From positions 128,001 through 192,000 of IMG/VR virus record IMGVR_UViG_3300033463_000004: a stretch of DNA of 64,000 nt, one strand, 5' to 3'. Below the pieces are notes generated by a model. The model saw nothing but the letters and a program-made list of their open reading frames with translations. It searched no databases and was not told where the DNA came from. The position numbers and the translations under genes were made by a program. Source of the DNA: a virus (Duplodnaviria > Caudoviricetes). Positions within the stretch are counted from its first letter, which is position 1. Every line of letters starts with the position of its first letter. Positions 39,481-50,700 of this stretch are shown here, piece by piece.

Positions 39481-42400
39481 ATTTAATTTGGATTGGTTCA
39501 ACATTTGGAAGTGTAGAATGAATCCACATTCCGTCAAATGTATCACTGACAATGATTCTTGTACCAGGACGAATCATTGGAATGATTTGTTTCGTTTTTG
39601 TAATCTCATCAATCTTTCCAGTCTTGGAAGTTGATATGTACAATGTGAAACACTCATCCGACAATCCAGTTGTATATATCTCATAACCATCTTCTACTTT
39701 TTGTACATGAAGAATTTGATTCTTTCCAATTGTATCAATATAAGCAGACAGATGTTTGAAAGGTGTGATACCATTCAAACCTTCCAGTTTCCAAGTTTTA
39801 TCGTATGCTTTGAGAAGTTGTTCATTTTTTATTTCTTGTAAGCCAAGATTTGTAGATGTTAAATTGAACAACGATACGCTATTGATCGTTGGAATATTGT
39901 GTAATTGATTATATGATGTAATTTCTGGACTCTGAATGTATGACATAATATCTGTTTCATAATCGTGATTATTTGCAACACGAATATCATCATACAGATA
40001 TGTGTCAAGCGGTGTCTTTTGTGATTGATTGAATATAAATCCAATGGATTGATCGACAATGTCTGCACGATGTTTCAATACGTCGAGATATGATGTATAA
40101 ATATTTCCATCGAAATCAACATATGCATTTCCAATTCGATTGATTGCATTAATTGAAATGTCATCAACCAATTCAACAACATCAAGGTTCTTCAATGATG
40201 TCATATTTCTCAATTGGAAAGATGTTGGTGACAATATTATGATTTGTGATGGGTCAGAAACATATCGTCCATTTACCCAGAACTCATAACGATCACGAGA
40301 TAATGGTGTTGGAATCAACCCGGTTAAATCAACAACACCATCAGACGGAATCTTTTGTGTTGCATATCGACAAATTCCAATATGATTAGAACGAATTGTA
40401 TCAACATTTGTATTCGTTGTCAAATCGATTGTCAAACGTTTATTGGAGGTATTTGTCAATACATTACCGATTGGATATTTGATATCATTTTCTTTGTCAT
40501 AATAATACACATAAAGATCATCTTCATTTGTATTATCTTCTGAAACATCATGGAATGTATCAAGTTGATATAAGTTCCCAAGTTCCAAATAAAGGAATTG
40601 AGATAAATCAACACCTGAATGTGGTAACAATGCAACTTCATTCGGAATCAACCGGTATGCCAACAAAGATATTCCTTGTTCTGATATGTCATGAAGTTTA
40701 ATCCAATCTCCGTTATTTGCATCAGTTGTTGTCGTTGACGACACAGATACAATATATACACCACCGATGATTGGATGACTTTCATCAGGTATAATTGTGC
40801 ACACATAATCATGTGTATCATTTGTCTGAATTGTTGATTGTTGGATTTGAATACCTTCATCTGTTGTAATTGCTGTGAACATAACACTGGATGCAGTTTT
40901 ATCAAATGATGAAAATTCATCATCATTGACAGATATCAATGTGATAACATGTCCTGCTTCCATATTCTCTGCAGCATGCATAACCGACACATTATATGAT
41001 ACATCAATTATTTTTTGATCAATAGAAGTGTCAATCACCGGTTTCTTTATATATACATCAAAATCTTGATATGTGTATGTGTTGTTTTCTGTGTAGAATC
41101 TCAAATCACCAAAACGAATCGGAGAACCGGTTGTATAGTAACCACTTCTTGAAGGTCTATCGAATGTAAAACCATTTACAGGACCGAATGATTCTGGCAA
41201 AGGTTTTAATTTGGAACTGCGATAGATTTCAGACTCGTCATAGTGTTTTCTGATACGGATAGATTCGTATTGGTCATTTTGTTTATTTGGATCATCTGCA
41301 TATACAGATATCACAGGTTGGAATCGTGCCACACAATTCATATCATGTAATTCAATTTCACTGTAAACATCGGATGATTCATATACGAAATAAATCAATA
41401 AACGTTTTGATCTGAAATACGTATCATTGAATATAATCGTCATAGAAGTCATCACATTATCAGTGTCAGAATCATTACAATCATTGAGATGTATACCATT
41501 TTCAACTGTTGTTTCAATATAATATGCAGACGGATCGATCCATTCTTTGTGTTCCCAATCATATAACAACACTTGCATTTTATCAGAATACAATAAATCC
41601 ATCACATATGGATGGAATGTTCTTGATAAATGCGCACGTCCATTATTGATATACACTAATGCATCATCATATGCACGAACATTATACCAAGTTGTCGGAG
41701 ATTCTAATTGTGCTTCATATTCATCCATACGAAGTCTGTGGGCATACCAATAATTCTTTTTCAGTTCACATTCTTCAATTTGAATTCTGATAGAACGTTT
41801 TTCTTCTTCGGTTGTTGCTTCCGCCATTTGTTCATATAATGCATAAATTCTTGCATCATATTCACGAACTTTTGTCATTGCCAATATTGATTGTTGTTGG
41901 AATACTTCTTTTTCTTTATCCCATATTTGATGATCGTCAGGTTCTGTACGCAACACTGTATACAATTCTGGAAGCGTATATGTATTGAAATTATGATTGA
42001 TCATATTCAATTCAATGAATGCATCATCTGTCATAATATCCGCAGATCCAATATATACAAAATGATGATGTAAATTATCGTCAACATGGAATCGATTTGG
42101 AACACCATCTTCACCAAACATTTCTGCGAGCTTTTCATAGATGTCATCGGACTTTGATTGAACAGACGGTGGATCTCCTGGGATGGGATCAGATACATCA
42201 ATTGTATAATCGGAAAATTCATCCAAGAAATTCCGAATATTGTCATCAGCAATATTACAATCAATATTTGTTGTAAGATATTTGTGGATTACATCAATAT
42301 CATTTGTTTCCGTCCATTTTGTATGCTGCATATCGACTTTTGCTTCGATAAATCCGCGTTCGATGGAATGATCGATTTTTGTAATGATGATTGGGAAAAT

Positions 42401-45400
42401 ACACAACAAATCATCAGTAATTGCATATAATGTTTGTCCTTCAAAGTATTTTCCACCAATCGAAGTCATTGTATCTTCAACGGGTTCAATGTGGAATACT
42501 TGACATGGACGGAAGAACATTGTTCTTGTTGGACGATTTGATTCATCATACATCGATAACTTGTTCATTTGCTCACATGATAAATATAATTTATCAATTG
42601 GACCTTGTAATTCGTATCTGTATGGTGAGCAATATTCAGATGTATGTGTAATTGGTGAAAAATGATTTCCACATAATAATTCATAATGCAATTCGGCATG
42701 ACGTGTTTGGATGATATTTCCATCACCATTTACGTCAAATGATTCATGTACATTCTGAACATCAATTGGAATATTTTGTGTATTCAGGAAACGCTCAATA
42801 TTATTTCTGATATCAGAGGATAAACCAACCTTTGTGAATGTGACTGGGATATCTGTAAATGTTTGAATTTCATTTCCATTTACATCAAATATGACAACAG
42901 AAACATTGATATCATCACCCGCGCAGAATGCATTTTCACATGTAGGAATGAGATCTGTGACATAATATGTTGAACCAGAATTATCATATTTCACTTGTGC
43001 AAGAATTGCAAATGTCTTATCAGTAAATTGACGAATTGGGAATGCAACATGTGGAAGATTCGATGATAACTGGATTTCAGCATATGCAGGTTTTGCATTG
43101 AGAGTTTGTGTAAACGATATCTTGTTCATAACATAATAATCGAAAATGCAATTATTCATGACATCGTCACAATAATCGATTAATATGTCAAAATATGTTG
43201 TTTGTAATGTTGTCAATAATGAATCTAAGAATGGTTGAACTTGACTGATTCGAGTTTGTGCAATCATACGACATGCAAGAAAATCTCGAACTGTTGCAAT
43301 GATATAAGAATCAGTATATGGTCTATTTGGATTATTTGACAAATAATCTGTCAGGTGTTCCATTGTTTCGACATCAATATTTTCTAACCATTCTGCATAT
43401 TGATACAGACCCATACCCTGATTCAATTGCTTTAATTGAATATATAACCGGCGAACATTTCGAATTGCATATCGATCAAATCCTGTATTCTCATGTAATT
43501 TGCGAATTACTGTCAATAATTTGTCCGTTGTCGTGAATATTGTTTTGTCAGGTTGTCCATGTGTAACAACAGTTCCTTTCACATAATACAATAACGTATC
43601 CAATTCATTCATTTTGAAATAAACTGGGTTTGATTCATGTGCAACAGAACAATATTCAATCACAGTTGATGCATTCTGTCCATAAACTTGTAAATTGTCG
43701 CCACGTTGTTCCAGATAATTTTGAATATCATCACAACGTTTTTCAACTGTATGTTTGATTGATTTGATAGTTGTTTGTGTATTCCACATAGAAACATAGT
43801 TTGTTGTTAATACAGAAATTCCATCATATAATTCAGATACCAAGATTGAAATCATTGATGCAAGTTGTGCGTCATCATAATACGTTGTGATCGGTTGTGT
43901 TCCCATGACACTAAGGATATTATTATATTTCAAATAGTATTCCGTATCAAGACCATCTGACGTCAACATATAAAACGGAGATTGTGATTGATACACATTG
44001 AATGTGAACGGGTAACGAATGACATCTTGCGATGAAGGTTCATATGCAACGAATGTTGATGGATTCAATGGGAATTGAATTCCATTGAATACTGATAAAT
44101 CAGAAATATCTGGCATAGATGAAATGGAACGATCTGTTGACAATGTTGCTTGCGGAGAATATGAAATAACAGAATAATTGATCAATTCCTTTTCTAAATC
44201 ATGATTCAATTCATTCAATTTCAAATCAGAATAACGTGGATAAAATTCTTTATCCGTAATCATATGCAACAAATAGGATTGCATCCGATTTTTATTCCGA
44301 TAGAACAATGATAAAGTATAGAATAAGAAATTGATTGTAAATGGCGCTCGAATGGATTGCTCGGTATAATCTTGAATATTATCCGAAGTAACATTTGACA
44401 ATTCATAATTTACTTCAGAAGCATAATCCAAGAAGATATCACCATCCAACTTCCGTTTCATGACTTTTGTGATGATAGATAACTCGGTTGATTCATCATG
44501 TATCCGATAAAACATATGAGACAGTTTCAACAGACGATTTGATACGTCCCAATACCGAATGTATCCCATGTGTTTATCGACTTCTTTTGTGAACAAATCA
44601 AAATCAATCAGTTCATCGTCTGTCATTGTAATCATTTCACGTTCTGATGGATTCTCTGTATCTGTATACAGGAACATGAACTTGAACAGTTCATCACCAT
44701 TCAGATCGGATGAAATATAAAATGTATTATCAATTCCATGGAAATGTTCAATCTTTGGATAATCAAATACCCAGCAACCATCTTCATCTGTATTGTATTT
44801 CAGAACAATCAAACATTGTTCGGATACAGGACGATTCACGCAATTTGTAGATTGTGGAAAGTAATCCGGAAGTTTGATTTTTCCGAATGTAGAAAATGGA
44901 GGTTGTTGTAATGGTGTACAAATCTTTTTCACAAAGATTTTGAAATTGTCACCATATAACAGATCAAATTCAGAAGGTGTTTCTTGAATACTTCTGAAAT
45001 TCGGTTGTGCATTTGATAATACATAGAAACGTTCGATTTCTTTACGGAAGTATTGAATCAAATCCATTGGAATTAATGTTGTCATCATTGCACCGTTTGC
45101 ATAGTTTGTATATGCACGATATAAAGTATTATAAATATTCCGAGATAAATCCAATACATTTTCTTGATACCATTCCGACAACGGTTGACCTGGTGTTACT
45201 GGTGGATTACTATTATTCCGATTTTCACCCAATACTTTTATTTTCAATCGAACAGATTCAAGATCCATATCAACGTTCGCGCATTTTGTAATGATTGCAT
45301 GACGATCGTCATCTTCGTTAACACGGGTTAACGATATTGGAGGAGTACAGATTGGAAGTTTGTCATCTGCTTTGGTATCTTGTAAAACAATACGTTTCGC

Positions 45401-46444
45401 ATCACCATTATCGATGTGATCATATTTATCATTATACACATATTTCGCAGACATCATGTCATAATAATTTACAGCAGGGAAAATACCCGGTACTTCACGT
45501 AAATACTTAATGACATAGATACGGAATTTCGTTGTTTCCGATTTGTAATTCTGCAAATCAGTGATGGTTTTTGTTTGGATATTCGGAATTAATAAACCTT
45601 CTCTTGTGAAATATCCAAAGTTTGGTGCAATATTAACTTCCTTTCGGAAATTGATATCAGATATTTGAACGATACAATTCTTACCAATCAAACTCATATC
45701 ATCAATTCCAAGTTCCGAAAAAGTAAATGTATGGTCTTGTCGAATGATTGATGTTGGCACGTTTGCTTCCAATACAGAAGATTCATCCAATTTCATAATC
45801 ATGAATTCGACATCAGAAGAATACCGCCATCCAATTTTAAATCGGAAACCTTGTTCAGATATACCAACATACCAATCATCTGACATATAACCATTTGTGC
45901 AACAGATGATTGTGAATCCTAAAATTCGTGAGATTTCATTTGATAAAAATCTATCTGCTGGCATAAAGTATCTGCTTTCCGTTTCATAAAAAGCATGTAA
46001 TTTTTGGCGAACAAATTCGTCACGTTCGCCAAAATGCATTTGTGCAAAAGGTACATCAATGATGTAATAATGTGCATATTTATCTTGCGAAACGTGTTTC
46101 TTATCATCATACCGATATTTTGCAATAACACAATGGGTGTTTACCATCATATTACCCATTGCATTTTGTAATGTCATTCGATATGTTTCAATCAAAGATT
46201 GATCAATATCTTCAAATGTATAATTCGATTTCTGCATCAAATCATACAATTGTTGAAATCCTGTATAATTTCCGATAACATTGTATGGTTGCTCATCCAA
46301 TAATGATGACATGGTATCTACAAGTTTTGAATATCGGTCATTGATCGTCTCCCATTTTGTATCATTATATCCCTTTGGACCTTTCGTTCCAGTGAGATAT
46401 TCATGATATTTATAGAACCAATCATTGTAGTTCATAATACTCAT
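39479..46444 (-). CDS. Very large (2321 aa) virion structural protein, possibly baseplate
   Basis: Size, late-type promoter and proximity to the fibre block; no enzyme motifs recognised. Confidence 0.6.
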   Translation of the reverse strand: MSIMNYNDWFYKYHEYLTGTKGPKGYNDTKWETINDRYSKLVDTMSSLLDEQPYNVIGNYTGFQQLYDLMQKSNYTFEDIDQSLIETYRMTLQNAMGNMMVNTHCVIAKYRYDDKKHVSQDKYAHYYIIDVPFAQMHFGERDEFVRQKLHAFYETESRYFMPADRFLSNEISRILGFTIICCTNGYMSDDWYVGISEQGFRFKIGWRYSSDVEFMIMKLDESSVLEANVPTSIIRQDHTFTFSELGIDDMSLIGKNCIVQISDINFRKEVNIAPNFGYFTREGLLIPNIQTKTITDLQNYKSETTKFRIYVIKYLREVPGIFPAVNYYDMMSAKYVYNDKYDHIDNGDAKRIVLQDTKADDKLPICTPPISLTRVNEDDDRHAIITKCANVDMDLESVRLKIKVLGENRNNSNPPVTPGQPLSEWYQENVLDLSRNIYNTLYRAYTNYANGAMMTTLIPMDLIQYFRKEIERFYVLSNAQPNFRSIQETPSEFDLLYGDNFKIFVKKICTPLQQPPFSTFGKIKLPDYFPQSTNCVNRPVSEQCLIVLKYNTDEDGCWVFDYPKIEHFHGIDNTFYISSDLNGDELFKFMFLYTDTENPSEREMITMTDDELIDFDLFTKEVDKHMGYIRYWDVSNRLLKLSHMFYRIHDESTELSIITKVMKRKLDGDIFLDYASEVNYELSNVTSDNIQDYTEQSIRAPFTINFLFYTLSLFYRNKNRMQSYLLHMITDKEFYPRYSDLKLNELNHDLEKELINYSVISYSPQATLSTDRSISSMPDISDLSVFNGIQFPLNPSTFVAYEPSSQDVIRYPFTFNVYQSQSPFYMLTSDGLDTEYYLKYNNILSVMGTQPITTYYDDAQLASMISILVSELYDGISVLTTNYVSMWNTQTTIKSIKHTVEKRCDDIQNYLEQRGDNLQVYGQNASTVIEYCSVAHESNPVYFKMNELDTLLYYVKGTVVTHGQPDKTIFTTTDKLLTVIRKLHENTGFDRYAIRNVRRLYIQLKQLNQGMGLYQYAEWLENIDVETMEHLTDYLSNNPNRPYTDSYIIATVRDFLACRMIAQTRISQVQPFLDSLLTTLQTTYFDILIDYCDDVMNNCIFDYYVMNKISFTQTLNAKPAYAEIQLSSNLPHVAFPIRQFTDKTFAILAQVKYDNSGSTYYVTDLIPTCENAFCAGDDINVSVVIFDVNGNEIQTFTDIPVTFTKVGLSSDIRNNIERFLNTQNIPIDVQNVHESFDVNGDGNIIQTRHAELHYELLCGNHFSPITHTSEYCSPYRYELQGPIDKLYLSCEQMNKLSMYDESNRPTRTMFFRPCQVFHIEPVEDTMTSIGGKYFEGQTLYAITDDLLCIFPIIITKIDHSIERGFIEAKVDMQHTKWTETNDIDVIHKYLTTNIDCNIADDNIRNFLDEFSDYTIDVSDPIPGDPPSVQSKSDDIYEKLAEMFGEDGVPNRFHVDDNLHHHFVYIGSADIMTDDAFIELNMINHNFNTYTLPELYTVLRTEPDDHQIWDKEKEVFQQQSILAMTKVREYDARIYALYEQMAEATTEEEKRSIRIQIEECELKKNYWYAHRLRMDEYEAQLESPTTWYNVRAYDDALVYINNGRAHLSRTFHPYVMDLLYSDKMQVLLYDWEHKEWIDPSAYYIETTVENGIHLNDCNDSDTDNVMTSMTIIFNDTYFRSKRLLIYFVYESSDVYSEIELHDMNCVARFQPVISVYADDPNKQNDQYESIRIRKHYDESEIYRSSKLKPLPESFGPVNGFTFDRPSRSGYYTTGSPIRFGDLRFYTENNTYTYQDFDVYIKKPVIDTSIDQKIIDVSYNVSVMHAAENMEAGHVITLISVNDDEFSSFDKTASSVMFTAITTDEGIQIQQSTIQTNDTHDYVCTIIPDESHPIIGGVYIVSVSSTTTTDANNGDWIKLHDISEQGISLLAYRLIPNEVALLPHSGVDLSQFLYLELGNLYQLDTFHDVSEDNTNEDDLYVYYYDKENDIKYPIGNVLTNTSNKRLTIDLTTNTNVDTIRSNHIGICRYATQKIPSDGVVDLTGLIPTPLSRDRYEFWVNGRYVSDPSQIIILSPTSFQLRNMTSLKNLDVVELVDDISINAINRIGNAYVDFDGNIYTSYLDVLKHRADIVDQSIGFIFNQSQKTPLDTYLYDDIRVANNHDYETDIMSYIQSPEITSYNQLHNIPTINSVSLFNLTSTNLGLQEIKNEQLLKAYDKTWKLEGLNGITPFKHLSAYIDTIGKNQILHVQKVEDGYEIYTTGLSDECFTLYISTSKTGKIDEITKTKQIIPMIRPGTRIIVSDTFDGMWIHSTLPNVEPIQIK

Positions 46445-46470
46445 ACGAGTACGCTCCTTTCATTTAGAGT

Positions 46471-46483
46471 TACAGAACCGTTT
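46471..46483 (-). promoter_or_regulatory. Late-type promoter AAACG-N6-TA
   Basis: AAACG GTTCTG TAA. Confidence 0.6.
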
Positions 46484-46525
46484 GATGTGGGGCACATAGC
46501 CCCACAAAATCGCGATTTTCATATA

Positions 46526-46534
46526 TATATTATT
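46526..46534 (+). promoter_or_regulatory. Early-type promoter TATATTATT
   Basis: Preceded by the perfect palindrome AAAATCGCGATTTT (46506-46519); followed by a long stem. Confidence 0.6.
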
Positions 46535-46581
46535 ATTATGAATAAAAGAAATCCATGGTGGATCGAAAGGAGATGATAGAT

Positions 46582-46638
46582 ATGAGTGAAATCGTAATTA
46601 TCACCATCCCTGTAGACACTGAAATCATCTGTGAATGA
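46582..46638 (+). CDS. 18-aa peptide MSEIVIITIPVDTEIICE inside a structured leader
   Basis: Strong RBS GAAAGGAG 9 nt upstream; enclosed by a 22-bp imperfect stem. Confidence 0.45.
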   Translation: MSEIVIITIPVDTEIICE

Positions 46639-46781
46639 TAATGTGTGACGAGTCCCCAATTTAACTCGGAACGTCAGAAACCATGAATTTCTAATATTCA
46701 TTATAAGAAGGGTAAGAAACCCTAAAACAATTAAATCCCTCACGCCACGAGGGATGCAACAGAATCAAGGAGGAACTTATT

Positions 46782-47369
46782 ATGAAAGATTACAAAAGAG
46801 AACTGAGTTTTGCAGAAGACCGTCTGCAAAAATACGTCGCAAAACGAGATGAAATAATCTCGCTTTATGGAGCAACATTTGTACCGAAAGAGCTCGAGAA
46901 TACGATTATCGAAGCTCAAAACGAAGCATATGCCGCAAAAGCGGCATATGAAGCACAGTTGTTAACCAACAGCAATTGTGCTACTGTAAGAGCAAATACT
47001 AAAATCGATCGTTTAGTATTCGCTCGAAACAATGTTGAATTCTATCGCTCGCGGAAGAGCGATGGTTCATCATGGGGTATCGCGTTTATCAGTACTGATA
47101 AACGAGTTGATTGTTGCATCATGATGTCGGAGACATCCGGCAGCGCAACAATTCTCAGCTTCAACCCGGCTGAGAAAACAATTTTAAACGAATATGTTAT
47201 CGACATCGACAACGCCAGAGCACATGAAGACCTTTGGTCTGTCATGTGCACCGCAGGTTTCGATTACCTGCAAGAGGCTGAATTGAAATATATTCAGACT
47301 CAAATTTTAACCGAGCTTAAAAACCTCGGTTATACAGAGCAGGGTCTGCGACTCTGCAAAGAATTCTAA
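46782..47369 (+). CDS. Early hypothetical protein
   Basis: RBS AAGGAGG. Confidence 0.7.
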   Translation: MKDYKRELSFAEDRLQKYVAKRDEIISLYGATFVPKELENTIIEAQNEAYAAKAAYEAQLLTNSNCATVRANTKIDRLVFARNNVEFYRSRKSDGSSWGIAFISTDKRVDCCIMMSETSGSATILSFNPAEKTILNEYVIDIDNARAHEDLWSVMCTAGFDYLQEAELKYIQTQILTELKNLGYTEQGLRLCKEF

Positions 47370-47398
47370 AAAATAAAAAAAAAAGAAGGAGACAGAAA

Positions 47399-47602
47399 AT
47401 GAATAAACAATTTATCGAGTATGTGCGGGCATACATGCCCGTACATACAGTAGTAAAATGTAATGGTGAAAGAATCACCATTACCGATGCAGCCGTTGAT
47501 CGACAGATAATTATCGATATCAACGGAAATATTATCAGAAACGACGGGGTTCGTCCTATCGTTTCAGAAATGATCACAGTGCTCACAAGAGCACTGCAAT
47601 AA
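47399..47602 (+). CDS. Small early hypothetical protein
   Basis: RBS AAGGAG. Confidence 0.65.
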   Translation: MNKQFIEYVRAYMPVHTVVKCNGERITITDAAVDRQIIIDINGNIIRNDGVRPIVSEMITVLTRALQ

Positions 47603-47682
47603 AAAGTATGAGCTGGCTGCAGTAAGGCATTCAGTGCCTACAGATTCCTGCAGCCGGCGAAAAATAAAACAGGAAGTGGTAA

Positions 47683-47720
47683 AATAAGCGGGGCTTTAGG
47701 CCCCGCTTATTATTATTTTT
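47683..47720. terminator. Bidirectional terminator
   Basis: AATAAGCGGGGC-TTTAG-GCCCCGCTTATT. Confidence 0.8.
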
Positions 47721-50700
47721 TTATTGACCGTTCCATGTTTTTGCAATTTGACGCTTGAGATTAATCAAGACTTTATTTGCAGCAGCTGTTAATACAACAG
47801 ATGGAATCATTCGCTTTAAGATACTACCTGCCGATACGAACATTGAAATCTCTTCATCAGGATCAGTTTCACCGTATGGTTCCAATCCTTCAGGAACAAT
47901 TTCAGAGATGACTTGTTTTGATGCAGCATAAACAACGCATTTATCTCCGATAGATACATCATCACTATGTTCAATGTATATTTCAACAAGAACATCACAA
48001 CGAATTCCTTTGATTGTTTGACCTGATAAAGGTTGTGTTGGTGCACTATACAATGTTCCCATTTTCATGACAGAATCATTCTTATCATATTTATCGAGAA
48101 TACGACGTTTCTGAATATTGTCTTTGAAATGTTTATCAATTATCTCAAACAATGACGGAGATAATCTGTCAAGTGGTCTGTTTGTATAAATACGAATGTC
48201 TTTTACAACTCCAGCATGTTTAGAACGAACAACACGTTTTGCAGTATCTAAACTACTACCAGCATCACGGAATGCATTCAAGAATGAGTCAACTGCTTTG
48301 TCACCAGTATCTCCCAGACCAAATACGATCAGAGGATCACCGATTTCAATTTCGTCACCAACTTGAACAATCTTTTCAATGTCATCAGTTGCTTCCAATT
48401 TTGATGCTTGACACATTGTCACGTGCGTTCCGAGTCGTTTGGACATTTTATTTGTCATAATGCCAGCATCTTCATACGTGGCATATGTTCCACAGAATGC
48501 GACTTTTGCCAATGGTCCAACATTCATTCTCACCATTCCAGAAGAATCTTTTGAGAAGAATTTGGTATGATATGCAAGAATATCATTCTTCACAAATTTG
48601 TCTCCTTTTTGGAAATTTGATACAAGTTTATTGTCGACATAGAAACCTGAACCAGGATTGAATGAATATCTGGAATTAACCGGTATTGCTTGTTTCTGTT
48701 TTGAATCATATTGTACGATCATGTATCCATCAGCGATATCGAGAACTTGACCATTCTCTTTTGCTGTTACTGCAAATTCATCTGACAAATATGACGCAGC
48801 AATCTCATCAATACCATTTGAAACAAGAACCGGTTGAGCATCGTCAACTGGTAGAATATGTCCAGTTTGTGATGTTGCGATTGCAGTACGAATTGCATCA
48901 TCATGCGTAACAGTTCCTGGTGTTAACAGTTCAGAGAATGATGCAAGTTGTAAATCGTTGAATTCTGTTTCAGATGGGTTATCTGCAACTGTATAACCAC
49001 GGACAGATGATACTTTCGGATCAACTGTAAGTTGACGCACCATACCAACATTTGCAGAGTTTGGTGTTGACATTGCCATCTTACCAATCATCGATTCATC
49101 AAATGAACGTTTTGCTTCTGTGTATGCTTTAGCTTGGTTAACACCGCCATATCCTTTTTTGGTAATAGTTTCATCTTCATGAAGTTCGATCATCGGATTC
49201 AAAGCAGATGATGTTGATACAGTTTCAGTTGCCATCAATTCATTCATGATTGCCATGCGGTTGAATACAAGTTTATTATCGCGCGTTTTTGAACCGACAG
49301 CATTGTTATACTTCGAAATTGCAACCGCGAGATGATAATGAATCATTGCAGGAATAATTTCAGAAGAACGAATTCTGTATAATGATGAATTATTTTCTGA
49401 TGTGAAATTGTTATCTGCTAACATATGTGCGGCATAAATCAACATGTCACAAATGTTATTTGGAACATGATAATGCTGACAAACATCTTCTGTGATTGCA
49501 TCTACGAAGAAATGATAATATGTGATAAATGTTGTGCGTTGTGAATATTGTTTGAAGAATAACTGATTGAAGATATCAACAAATACAGAATTGTCATCCA
49601 TAATTGTCGTCTCAAAATCAGTTGAATTGTACTGACGTGTATTGATGCGATAAAAACCATTGAAAATCAATTGGTTTAAAACCGTATTTTGTATTGCAAG
49701 TGTTCGATCCTTAAAAGGAATCTTTAAGAACCCTGGAACATTCTCTCTCGGTGCAACGTATTTATATTGTGCACCAGAACGTTTTAACAGAGAAGGCATT
49801 CCTTCCCATGCTGCAATAGCAACACCCAACGGAATCAATACACCGATCTTAATATCAGCATACATGGAAAGCTTATTGGGTTTTCCTTTTGTATATAATT
49901 GCACAATATCGGATGGTAAATATTGTGTAATGATTTCTGTAATGGATTTACCATGACGATCCAAACCGGTTTCTGTATTTAAAACAATTGGAACTTGATT
50001 TACCATTCCACAACAGAATTCATTTTCTCCAACTGTGACAAATCCGAAATCACGTTGACATTGATCGCGGTTGAAAATAATTTTACAATTTGCATCTTTA
50101 TTTTCAAACATATACCAACGACGTGCATATTCATCATATTCAATCGTCGAAACGAATCGGTTGTTTGTAACCATTGAACTTCCGTATTGAACATATGGGT
50201 TTTTACCTTTTGAATCGTTCTTTGATGCAACTGCTTTCAGCATCATTGTAATGTCAACAAGAGATTTTGTATCATATCTTGAAACTGTAATCTTGTTGTA
50301 ATTTGTTGTCAGTATTACTTTTTTCTTGTTGATTTTCAAAATCGGAATCGGGAAATCCTGTTTTCCAATATTATAATATGAACCGTTATAAAGAAAACGT
50401 CCGTTGTTCATCACAGGAACAACGATGTCAATATGTGATTGTGAACCAGACCGTTTATTCTTTAAATGTACACGCCAATTATGCATCAATGATATTGGTG
50501 TTGATATATCTGTCACATCAATCTTTGTAACATTAAATCCTTCCGGAAGTTTCTGTAATGTCATGAATGTGGATATAATGTCTTGATCCATCATATTCTC
50601 TTCGTATGCTTGCGCAATTTTTGGAAATGATGTACCACGTTGTGCTCCAGGATTCAATGTTGTAATCTTCGCAGGTTTAATTGGTTCTGGTAACGGGATA

